A stretch of DNA of 64,000 bases from Gracilinanus agilis. Its lineage: Eukaryota. Each line of letters begins with the position of its first letter. Positions within the stretch are counted from its first letter, which is position 1. Below the pieces are notes generated by a model. It was not told the DNA's origin. It saw only the letters and a program-made list of their open reading frames with translations, and made no database searches. Below are positions 1-12,500 of the stretch, piece after piece. Location of the stretch: positions 755,179,455 to 755,243,454 of the forward strand of contig NC_058130.1 in NCBI RefSeq assembly GCF_016433145.1, in the 5' to 3' direction. The position numbers were made by a program, and so were the translations under genes.

Positions 1-442
1 CCACTTCCACACCACAACAGAAACTATCCTTCCCCCCAAACGGAAGTAAATCGAGCTAGGGCTAACGATGGACAGCAGCACCAAAGGCTTGTCTGTATTC
101 AACAGATAAATAGGAGCCTCAAACCAGCTTTTTACAAATCCAAGTTGTTCTTCTAAATGGGAATCCTGAATCATGTCATGTTTAGAGCCCAGAGCTTTTT
201 CTCCCTTAAACAAGTATCTGGAAACATATGCCTGTAGATTTTCCAAATTACCCTTTTCTTTGAGGGGCTGAGGGGAAGGAGGAAGTGACAATGTTCAGAT
301 TGTGGATTAACCATAGTCTTTCTGCTTTGGAAGGATGAATCCTCCATTCACTTGTTCCTTGGGCTAAAAATGGGTGTTTGTAAAATTCTGCTCCCAAAGC
401 TCTTCATGTTTTAATAAACACTAGAAAAATTAAATATGATCT

Positions 443-505
443 TCATTCATCTCCTCGCTCTTGAAAATATTCATCAAACATGGATGATCTTTCTTCTTCA
501 GATTC
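443..505 (-). CDS. GPN3: GPN3 last coding exon ([20 protein letters not shown])
   Basis: Acceptor TGAAAG; acidic tail as in mammalian GPN3; TGA at 445-443. The 3' UTR runs toward the window start. Confidence 0.93.
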   Translation of the reverse strand, partial: ESEEERSSMFDEYFQERGDE

Positions 506-3500
506 CTTTCAGCAAAGAAACAACAAAAAAAAACTTAATTAAAAAAATTTTTTTGACCTGGTCTTAAATGTGCCAATAGTGGCACTTATGGGTGAGTATT
601 TCAGGTGATAATTGATAATGGGCTCATATCTGGCAATTCAATGTTTGGGGGCCAAAGCAACTGACAAAGACCGGCTACTAAAACAAGCAGAGTTTCATGT
701 AGGGAGGGCCCAGGCACATACTGTCAAAGTTGCGTATTACCTAGAAAACTCTCCTGGGTACAGAATTCCAGTGGAGAGATAATAAGAGAGAAGAGGCTAG
801 TGCAGGGGTTGGCAACCTTTTTGGCCGTGAGAGCCATAAACGCCACATTTTTTAAAATCTAATTTCGTGAGAGCCGTACAGTGCTCACAGTGCCGCTCCT
901 GTAACAGTGCCTGAAAAAAATGGACTTTATGGCTCCTGCAGAAAGAGCCATATCTGGCCCTCAAAAGAGCCATATCTGGCTCAAGAGCCACATGTTGCCG
1001 ACCCCTGGGCTAGAGGGAGGAAGAGGAGACAAAGGCCGTTTTAGTCATTTCCAGTTAGTTTGCTCATGGTTTACATTAAACAAGAGCAAGATACGAGGAA
1101 GTTAAAGGCAATTTCCTCATCACAATTTCATTCAGCGCCTTTTTCTTTTCAAGGAAGTAGATCTTTGAGAATACTTGCCCCAGCCAGTGAGGGTCTGATA
1201 AGAACTGACAGTGAAATGGGTCTTTGGCCCATTAAGTCAGAGCTGAACTGAGGGAGTCAGTAGAAGCTGCTTAAAGAATAGGCAGGCATTACATTCAAAT
1301 ATGGGGAGATGATACACAAATGTCCCCTCTTTTATCAGAGGTGATATAAAGTAATTATATACAAGGCCTAGAAGTGGTTCTGTTATGTCTTTTTAATCCT
1401 TACCTTCCCTCTTGGAGTCAATACTGTGTATTGGCTCCAAGGCAGAAGAGTGGTAAGGGTAGGCAATGGGGGTCAAGTGACTTGCCCAGGGTCACACAGC
1501 TAGGAAGTGTCTGAGGACAGATTTGAACCCAGGACCTCCCGTCTCTAGGCCTGGCTCTCCATCCACTGAGCTACCCAGCTGCCCCCTCTGTTAGGTCTTA
1601 ATGATCTTAAGAGAAGAATGGAAAGAGAAGAGTAATACAGTGGAAGCAAAGGGAAAGGAAGATTAGGGAAAATTATCTCATTAAAGTGGGAAAGCAGATA
1701 TTTTTACAAAATGAAAGGATAGGGGGAACAGCTGAAGAGTACAGACACATGCAATTAGGTACAGAAGTACATTTAACAGTGAAGTAGAAGGAAAAGGGGA
1801 GGGGGAAAATTGATCCTAAAGGATTTACAAACAGCTCTTTTGGAGTTGGCAGAGAATGGAGAATCTGAGGAAATTTCCATAAATTAGAGAATGAACAAGT
1901 TATGGTATGTAAATGTAGTAAAGTTTTCTTAAAGTTGTGCTGTAAGAAATAATGTAGGGGACGGTGTCAGAGAATTCTATTATATTCATACACCATTATC
2001 TGTTCAACCATTCCCCCATTGACACACAGTTAATAAATGCTGTGTACCTTTATTTCCATTTCTTAGAAGAGAGTTCATGGTGAATATCTTTTAAAGTCTC
2101 ATGCTTATGGGAAATCACAGTTCAATCATTCTCTCCTCTACCCAAACAGTTATGCAGATTCAATAAAGAATATTTTATTGTGTTTAAAAAAAAAAAAAAA
2201 AGAATAGGCAGGCACAATCCAAACCTGCGCATGTTGCCTTCAGTGACTGGCCTATGGACAGGGCAATGGATAGACATGTGGGTGATGGACACATGGGGCA
2301 TGTGGGTAAAAGGGGGGGGGGGAGAGATTTCCTCTCTCAGAGCCAGAGTGTTATGATGATAATAACAGATAATTTGGAGAAGCAAATAAATGTGTCAGGG
2401 CCAAATAGAGCTTCAAGTCAAGAGCTACAGATTGACAGGCTTCAGTGAGGAAAGGAGGGGGCTAAACACTCCTGGATCTCAAACCCCTCCCCCTCTCTAA
2501 CAGTTGCTGCTTCAGGTGGTAATGAAGGCAGGAATGAGATTCTTCTGGTACGTTTCTGTTATAGCTGAAACCCCAATGATGTTCCTTTTCTTTAAGTTAT
2601 ATTCCTCACAGGTCTGATAGATGAGTAAATGGAAGCTAGCTATATAACTGTTGAGGACAGAGATGATCTTCTTAAAACTGGCAGCAGACAGGATTCAAAC
2701 TAGATGTCCAGACTTGAGTTGTGAGTATTCCCCAAATAATTTCCAGGCACAGATTTGAAGGTAAAGGTTATATTAGGAAATAACAAGGAAAACTAGAGAG
2801 GTTAATGAGGGTTTTAGGATAATGAAAGGTAACCCTGAGCTGTTAGGTTGAAGCTGCCCTTCCCCTCTCACAGGAGGGGATGAAGGCACTTAACTAAAAC
2901 TGGCTGTCTTGCTATTAATGAATATCTTTACTTCTCTAATCACTAAATATTTGTTGTATTGAAGTTGATAAAAACTAACCCTATTAAACAGGCTAATCCT
3001 TATGTAGTAACCACATTGGTTATGCCACAATGGTCACCCAAGTGAACCCCAAGTCTGGAGTAGTAAGCAGAGTGTCTGCTCACTTCAACCTCCACAAAGT
3101 AACTGCTCAACTGCCCCCTCACCCAAAGTTCTCCAGGGGGGTCCCCTGGAATTCTGGGTGAGGCTGTCCCTATATCTTTGCAGGGATTCCATGCTTTCCA
3201 TCTCCACATAACAGAGGTCTCAAAGGTCTTAAGCTAAGCCCCCAATCTGGCAATGGCAGTGTGCCCATGTCTATTCTGTTTTCACTTGTGAGGCTTTAAA
3301 AACATTTTTTGGGGTGGGAAAGTAGGAGGCTACAGAGCACCAAGTCAAGGGGCAGGAGTGGAGGGGAGAGTGGGAGAGAGGGAGAGAGACAGACAGACAG
3401 ACAAACAGACAGAGAGGGGAGAGAGAGACAGGGAGAGAGGGAGAAGTGTTTTTTTGGAATGTGGATTTCTTTCAGAATTCTTTACATAAAGAATGTGTAT

Positions 3501-6500
3501 AATGTGAATTTACATAAAGTGAGAATGTCTATATTAACAGGGTAGAAAGAATTGAAGAGGGTCCTCATGTCTTGGAACTTCAGAAGAATAAGGATACACG
3601 AGCTCAACGTCCACCAGCAGAAGTCATGCAATAACATAGAACCTAAACAGGGAATTCTTAGAAAAAAGCTATTAAACTGTTTATATTCTCAGAGCCAGTG
3701 ATTTTGCTATTGGGTACGGAGAAGATGCTTATAAGACAGTCACTTTGTTGGTTGTTTTGCTAAACTGTTCTTTTTTGTTCTTTTATGATGGCGGGTTCAA
3801 ATGGTTGAGGGACTAACATTTTTACAAAACATATTAGCTAAGCTCCCAAATTACCTTCGGTTCTTTAAACTCCAAGTCTTCTCCATACTGAATGGTGAAG
3901 TCAATATGCTGTAAGACGATGTTCATACTTTCTTCGTCTGACTGGTCATATGGCAAAAAACGGACCATACTGTAGTCATCGATCTGCAAAGAAGAGATCC
4001 ATCTTTGAGAAGAACAATAGCTGAAAATCAAAACAACTGTGAGGTACCACCTTACATCTAGCAGAGTGGCTGATATGACAGTAAAGAAAAATAATAGATG
4101 TTGTAGGGGATGTGGCAAACTGGGACACTAATGCATTGTTGGTGGAGTTGTGAATTGATCCAACCATTCTGGAAGGCAATTTGTAATTATGCAGAAAGGA
4201 CTTTAAGAGAATGCTAGCCCTTTGACCCAGCAATACCACTACTAGGCTTACATCCCAAAGAGATTAAAAAAAAATGGGTCAGGATCTGTTTGCACAAAAA
4301 TATTTATAGCTACGCTTTTTATGGTGGCAAAAACTTGGAAAACAAAGAGGTGTCCCTTGATTGGGGAATGGCTGAACAAACTGTGATATCTCATGGTGAT
4401 GGAATACTACTGTACTATAAAGAATAATGAACTGCTTGATTTCTATATGAAATGGAAAGACCTCCATGAACTGAAAAGGAGTGAAATGAGCAGAACCAGG
4501 AGAGCATTGTACACAGAGACTGAAACACTGTGAGGCGATCATATTAATCGACTTTGCTACTAATAGCATGCAAAGATCCAGGACAATTCTGAGGGACTTA
4601 TCAGAAAGAATGCTATCCATATCTAGAAAAATAACTGTGGGAGTAGGAATCCAGAAGAAAACATGATTTATCACTTGTTTAAATGGGTATATAATTTTTT
4701 GATTTTGGTTTTATTTTTTATTTTGGGGAGGGTTTTGGCTTTAAAAGATTATTACAAAAATGAATAATAAGGAAATGGGTTTTGAGTGATAATATTTGTA
4801 TAATTCAGTGAAATTACTTGTCAGCTCTGGGAGGGAGATAGCATGAATCATGTAATCATGGAAAAAATTTTAAATTAAAAAACAAACAAACAAACAAAAC
4901 CGCTGACCCTTATGAAGGATTTCCTAAGCTCATCTGGAAGTACAGGCATGGCCCAAGGGATAGATCAACGAAACTGTAACAGTCTCTGGTGACCTAGGGC
5001 CTAGATTCTATAGACAGAAACAACATGTATCTAGAAAGGCAAATATGAACTATATAATAAATAATATTGCTTGTGTGTACGAGGTTGGCCTCTAGTTAGC
5101 TTCTGCCCCCTAGGCCAGGCCAGAAAACTCTCTCAGGACAACTGATCTGTTAGGGACAATAGAAAGAACAATAGGAAGCAATGGAGACACGCATGATGCC
5201 CTATTGTATGAATTATATATTTAGGGGAATCCTCCCCCCCCCCCCAAATCCTGGAACTCACCTAATAGAGCATCAGAGTCATGTGTCTTAATTTGCCAGT
5301 TGTGGCAGGCAAGATTCCTGATCAGCAAATGTGACATGTAGGACCCGAAGTGAAACCCCAGCCAATTAGAATATCTTAGGGAAAGGGTTTAGTTAAACTT
5401 TAAAAGCCAGCTCATGAAGCGGGGAGTTCTCTGCCATTTTTTGGCTTTTGAAAGAAGGTCTCTCACTGGAAAGCAGTCCTGGTGCTTATTTATATAGGCC
5501 ATTTCTGGCGAGCAGAGCACAGCACAGCATGGGCTAGCGGGGACCACGGCCCAGCTGGGAATCCGGGAACTCGGGCTCTCCTCTTCAGCTCCAGGTCCTT
5601 CTTTGGCTGGCCTTAATTTGTCTGGCCCAACCAGGTGGTTAGCTGGGCCTCTTTGCCACTGCTTGTGAAACGGACCAGGCCCATGGACCTGATGAAGCAG
5701 AAACAATAGCTGGAGACTTTGGGTAGGTAGGCTGGTAGTATCTTCTTTCTCTATACTATAAGTACTTATAAATTTAGTATAAAGTCTCTGAGATTAATTT
5801 TTATTTGTTACACTCATAAATGTAAGGAAAAATGCCTGTTTGTTTTCACTGCCTTACAACACGCGTTAGGATTTTTAAATAAAGTTTCCAGGATAACTTT
5901 TAAAAATAATTTGAAAGCTTACCAATCCACAGATGGCGTTAGTCAGCTTTTTGAATTTTTTGCTTCTTAAGATACCTGTAGAATCTTCTATCAAAGAATA
6001 CATGTCAGGGTCAAGGAACCTTAAAAAGGAGAGAGGGAGAGAGAGTTGGTGAAAGAGCTAAATGAATAATTTAGCAACTGCCTGGGTTTTCCAAGTCTCC
6101 TAGATTCTGAGATGGAAGGGATTTTTAGAGACCTTCTAGTTCAACTTCCTCCTTTTATAAATGAGGAAACTGAGGCTCAAAGAGGCAAAATGATTTAGGC
6201 TTATAGATATAGAGCAGGACAGGTCCTCTGAGGTCCTCCATTGTGTACTATCTTTCGTTTTATAGATAAGGAAACTGAGGATCATACAACACATGGACAT
6301 TTCAGCAGTCTTGGCTCTTGGGACAAAAGCTGCACCATGGAAGAACTCACTTTTCTATTTCCTTTTTTGCCTTCTTACTCAGCAAGTCCATCTTGGTCAT
6401 AATGTTAATTTGTGGGATTTCCAAAGACACCATCGCGCTGAGGGCTGCCATGACTCCGGAGATAAACTGTAGGAGGAAAGAGACAAGGAAAGATGAAATG

Positions 6501-9500
6501 TGCAGCTTCCTCTGGTTCCGTTCACTGATAAAAGCAATGAGTGCAGGCCTTCTGCTCCTGACCAGCCAAGGTTAAAAAAAAAATGACCTAGGGGCAGCTA
6601 GGAAGCATGGTAGATATATCGAGTGCCAGCCCTAGAGATGGAAGGAACTGAGCTTAAATCTGGCCTCACACATTTCTTAGCTGTGTGACCCTGGGTGAAT
6701 CATTTAAACCCAATTGCCTCTTCCTTGATGCTCTTCTGTCTTAGAACTGGAACACAGATAGAAGGGTTAAAAAAAAAAATCAGCTAGTCAATCATCTCTT
6801 AGATACTGGAAAAATCTGAACATGTTCAATTAAATGCACCAAGCAGTTATTAAGTGTCTACTGTGGAAGCAGGCCTTAAAAGACCTTGCCCCTTCCCCCC
6901 TTTAAGGACAATCTTAAAAATAGATGTTAGCATCCCACTCTGAAATGGGCCACTAAGTTACAACTGTTTTTAAGCAAATCAAAACCTCGAACCTAAACTT
7001 TGTAGCCTTGTTTAATCCTGACTGTGGAATATGGCCTTTGTCTTCTGAATCCTCTAAATTGTAAGCAGAAAATGGCTTGAGTCAGAGAGGTTTTCCAACA
7101 GCAGGACTCTCTCTCTCTCTCTTTAAGCAGAAACACTTAGATTTCCCCTCCTGATTAGAGGGGATCAATCAAATCAATCAAAACATACCTAGCAGACTGG
7201 TCAATATGACAGTAAAGGAAAATAATAAATGTTGGAGGGGATGTGGCAAAATTGGGACACTAATGCATTGTTGGTGGAGTTGTGAACTGATCCAACCATT
7301 CTGGAGGGCAATTTGGAATTATGCCCAAAGGTCTTATGATCCAGTAATACTATCACTACTGGTTTTGTACCCCAAAGAGATTAAAAAAATGTTTGTACAA
7401 AAGTATTTATATCTGTGCTTTTTGTGGTAGCAAAAAATTGGAAAGCAAGGGGGTGCCCTTCAATTGGGGAATGGCTGAACAAATTGTGGTTCATGATGGA
7501 ATACTATTGTGCTGTAAGGAATGATGAACTGCTTGATTTGTATATGAACTAGAAAGACCTCCATGAACTGATGTGGAGTGAAATGAGCAGAACCAGGAGA
7601 ATGTTGTACACAGAAACTGAAACACTGTGGGATGATCAAATGTAGTAAACTCTGCTACTAACAGCAATGCGATGATCAAGAACAATCCCATGGAACTTGT
7701 AAAAAAGAACACTATCCACAGCTAGAGAAAGAACTATGGGAGTAGAAACACAGAAGAAAAACATATGATTTATCACTTGGTTATATGGATATGATTTGGG
7801 GTTGTGGTTTTAAAAAGACCGCTCTATTACAAATATGAATAATATGGAAATGAATTTTGAATAAGACATGTATAAACCAGTGGAATTGCTTGTCAGCAGA
7901 GGGAGGGAGGATGGAAGACGGGAGGGAGAGGACATGAATAACGTAACCATGGAAAAATATTCCAAAAAAATAAATAATATGGGGGGGAAGGAAATACCAA
8001 AATTTAGATCATTAGTAAATGTCAGTAACGGATATGTCAAATGAGCAGGGTGTATCCACAGGTCAGTGGTAGGAGCCACCAGAGACAGAGAGCTCCCCTG
8101 CTCACTGCAGACACTTAAATTCAATAAGATGACAGCCCCAGCCCCTGGAAGATCTTACACCATGGCCACATAAAACACCAATATGGTGAGAATGATGATT
8201 TGATTCCTGGGGAGGAAGTCAAGAGGGTCTTCCTGGAGGCTCTGGCCTTTAAGTCAAGGAAGCTCAGGCTCCTGGGATGTCCTGAGGATGTGCATTTCAG
8301 ACAAGAGGGACACCTTGTACAAAGGCATGGGGATGGGAAATGGGACACAGAATCTGGCAAACAGCTACATTTATAACAAGTCCAGAACAGTCCAGTGGTC
8401 CTAGTTTTGACCTCCTCTCTCGTAAAAACTTTCCTAGGAGCTACCAACCAGAAGCACAGTTTCTAACTTCTAAGAGATAATGTCTATAAAGCATTCTGAA
8501 AAGCTCAAGGTACTCCATAAATCCAACTATTATTATTTATTACTCTCAATTAGGTGGTGAGAGGAATAGAACCATCAATGACTAGAGAAACTGTCAGCTA
8601 CATGGTGTGGCACTTACTATCCCTATAGCAATAAGAGGAAATAGAGGCTCAGGGAATAAAAGGCCAGGCCTGTCATGCCCTACTACCTAGGCCACACAGG
8701 CCTACTGCTCTCCCCTCACCTAGCATTCCTTGTCACAGGCTGGCCCAAACACTGAGAAGTCATTCTCTCCTCCTAAGTCTCAGAATCCCGTTTCCCTCAG
8801 TTGGACCTCCTGTAGGCAATCTGTTTGTCATTAATGTTCCCTCAAGGGAGATACAAATCAGCCAAATGTAAGGCCTGACACAGAGCTGTTTTCCTTCCTC
8901 TGAAGGGCTCCAAATGACATAAGGGCTGGTGTCTTGACTTGCACAATGAATTGGATTTTGGTGAGGCAAAACTGCATAAAGTCATCAGCCTCACTCTCAG
9001 TCTCTTTAACCTTCATTTTCTCCAAATTTTGAGCCAAATTCTTCCTCTTCCTCCCTTCTTCCCTCTCTGAGACAACAAGCAATCTGATATAGATTTTATA
9101 TGTGTAATTATATAAAACATTTTTCCATATCAGTCATTTTCTGGAAGAGACCTTTAACAACAACAAAAAAATGAAGAAAGTGAAACATAGTATGTCTCAG
9201 GCTACATTCAGACTCCACCAATTTTCTCCAGAGGTGGATGGCATTTTTCATCATTCATCCTTGAGGACTGTCTCGGATCATTTTATTGCTAAGAAGAGCT
9301 GGTCATTCACAATTGCTCATCGTACAACATGGCCATTATTGTATATAATGTTCTGGTTCTGCTCACTTCATTTGGCATCAGTTCATGTAAGTCTCAGGTT
9401 TTTCTGAAAACATTCTGCTGCTCATTTCTTACGGTCCTATATTTCATTACCATCACATACCACAACTCGTTCAGCCTTCTCCTCCCTAGCAGTGCCAGGA

Positions 9501-12500
9501 TTTTTCTGACATGAAGTTGAAGGGTATCCCCTCTATTTCCAATTCTTCGTCATCAAAAAAAGAGCCGCTATCAGTATTTTTGTACTTTCCCTTTTTAAAA
9601 AAATCTCTTTGAGATACATACCTACTAGTGGCAACCTCATTCTCTTCCAGAGTCCTCTAAGTCCAGTGATAAGACAAAAGTCAGCATGCATACTGTGGCA
9701 CCTTGGATGTCTGACCAAGTCCTAAGTCCTCCACCAGGCCTGCTTCAGTCGTCTTCATGGCTCTTGGAATAAATTGTTCTCATCTGCTCATCACATGCTT
9801 GGGGTAGATATCCCACTAAGCCACTGATGGGTTTGAGGCCTGTTGGTTACCCTTGACCTGGCTTAGCCAACTGCTAAGACAGCACACAACAGGTTCTTAA
9901 TAAGCACTTATTCCCTTTCCTTCCCTGGCAGAGCCAGGATTTTTCTGACATGAAGCCTAGAGGCTGGGAAGGCTTGTCCAAGCCTCCCTTGTGGCCACAG
10001 AGCCTCCCAACCTCAATTCAATTCCATAGAATTTATTAAGTACCAGCCATTACCAGGCCTCAGGGATACTAAGGACCAAGGAGCTAACATTCTAGCAACA
10101 TTTAGAGACAGTTAAGTGCAAAGGAGAAGGAGGAGAAGGGAACAAATCAATTACGTGCCAGGCTCTGTACTAGGTGCTTTACAAGTTTTAGCTCATTTGG
10201 TTGACTCCATTATCTTCCTTGAGGAAATGTTAATGATGAACAGATCACCTGTTGGAAGTGCAACTGAGGAAACATGATTCTGAGACTTAGAGGGAGGAGA
10301 GATTGGCTTCTCAGCATGTGGGCTAGCCTGTGACATGGAATGCTACGTGAGGGGAGAGAAAGCAGGCTGATATGACTGGAACATAGTCTCTGGGTGACTG
10401 GGTGGGGAGGGGGCAGTGCTACTGATCTCTTTATCCACAGCACCCCCTCCAGACAACTTTATATAAATATATTTTATAATGACTTTTCTTTTTGTTGTTT
10501 TTATTTAAACCCTTACCTTTTGTCTTAGCCTCAATTCTAAAACAGAAGAGAGGCAAGGGCTAGGCAGTTGGGGTTTGCCCAAATCACACACCCAGGCAGT
10601 ATATGAAGCCAGATTTGAACCTAAAACTGTGCCTCTCCCCTGCTCGAGAAACCCCAGTGGATCTTTATTTCTGAAGGAATGGTGTAATGACATGACTGAA
10701 CAACAACAAAAACGAACTGTACCTTGTGCTAAGTGAAATAAAGAAAGGCAAAAAAGCCCAGGAACTTTAAATAGCGCCAGTGAGAAGTTGTGTCCATTCG
10801 CAGGCCTGAGACCCTTCAGAGGCACAACAGGCTTTTCCTTATTTGCCCATACCCATGAGCAACAGGTTAAGGGACCCATGGTTTCATATGTTTGGGTCGG
10901 GGCTCTCTTTGCTGAGGCAGATTATAACATCCACAAGTCACGGCCTTGTCAAGGGCCCCAGGTAGGATTTGAACCCAGGGGCTCCTGACTCCAAGCTCCA
11001 ATACTCTACCCACAATGCTGGGATGCCTCTGGCCTACACCCATGTCTGCATAAAATTCCAATTTGCCTTCCAATCCTACCTTAAACGATTCCACCATAAA
11101 CTGAGAATCAACCAGAAACACCCCACAGACACGGAACTCCCACTGCTGCAGGCGCTCCACCAACTGCTTCATCACTGGCAAGTGTGTGTAGAGCTCGATC
11201 TGGCCTGCACAAAGAACTCAGGAAAATTAATGCCTTCGGGGAGAAATGGGCCAGAATGTGAAATCAGCTCAATTCCACAAACCCCTGCTCAGTGTGAGGT
11301 GCGACATAGGGCACCAGGAATGCAATAGAACATAGTCCCTGCCCTTAAAGAGTTTTCATTCTACTCGGAATAAAAGAAAAACAAATTCTACAATATGATA
11401 AATGATTAGATGCTAGTAAGGTCCCTTCTAACCTGAACACTCTCTTAATTCCTCTGTTTGGTGGTACTAAGGCCAAGCCAGCTCTGAATCAACCAAGCAG
11501 CATCTTTCTCCCCCTCCCTCATTTCTGTTTTTATGACAACTCTAAGACAGAAGGGTAAGGGCTAGGCAATTGAAGTTAGGTGACTTGTTAAGGGTTTCAG
11601 AGCTAGGAAATGTGAGGCCAGATTTGAACCCAAGACTTCCTTTCTCCAGGCCTGGTGCTCTATGCTCTACTGAGTCACCTACCTGCTCCCAAAAGTGATT
11701 TTTTTTTAAACCCTTACTTTCTGCCTTGGAACCAATACTGTGTATTGATTCCAAGGCAGAAGAGTGATGAGGGCTGGGCAATGGGGGTTAAGTGACTTGC
11801 CCAGGGTCACACAGCTGGGAAATGTCTGACACCAGATTTGAACCTAGGTCCCATCTCTAGGCCTGACTCTCAATCCACTGAGCTACTCAGCTGCCCCTCC
11901 AAAAAGCAATTCTTAAGTACCTACTATATGCTGGGGAATATGCAAAGGCAAAAGTGAGGTGGACTTTGCTCTCACGTTTATAACCTAAAAAGATCAGTGG
12001 CTCCAGAGTCAGAGGATATAGGTTCAAATAGCACTTTTGACCTTTAGGTGCTATACGACCTTGGGACATTTAACCTGGCTGGACCTCAGTTCCCTCAGTA
12101 AAATAAGGAAATTTGACTAGATAAGTTTGGAAGTCCTTTCTGCTTTAACTCTGTGATCCTATGCTTTAGCCAGGAGCATATAAATACACAGTAATATAGA
12201 TACACACATATACATTTTATGTATATAATATGTATTTCTAGCAATAAGATGTGTACATACTTTCTATTCATATTACATATATGCCACATATATAAAACAT
12301 ACTGTATGTACAAAATAACATGTTTTGTGTATACATATATATATATATTAGTACAACATATTTACAAAATGGGTACAAGGTAATGTTATCAGGAGAGTCC
12401 TAGCAGCCTGTAAAATCAAGGATAGTTTGCCTTCTCAATGAAGGGATAGCGGAGAGAAGGAGAAAATCCCTTAAAATAAAAAAAAAGTTTAAAATTGTTT

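Noticed and set aside
1-442. Possible 5' end of ARPC3, the next gene in the human block, and a GPN3 poly(A) site (ATTAAA at 415-410)
   Set aside because: No ARPC3 coding sequence was recognised. The ATTAAA is only 27 nt past the stop and has no clear downstream GU/U element, so it was not called.
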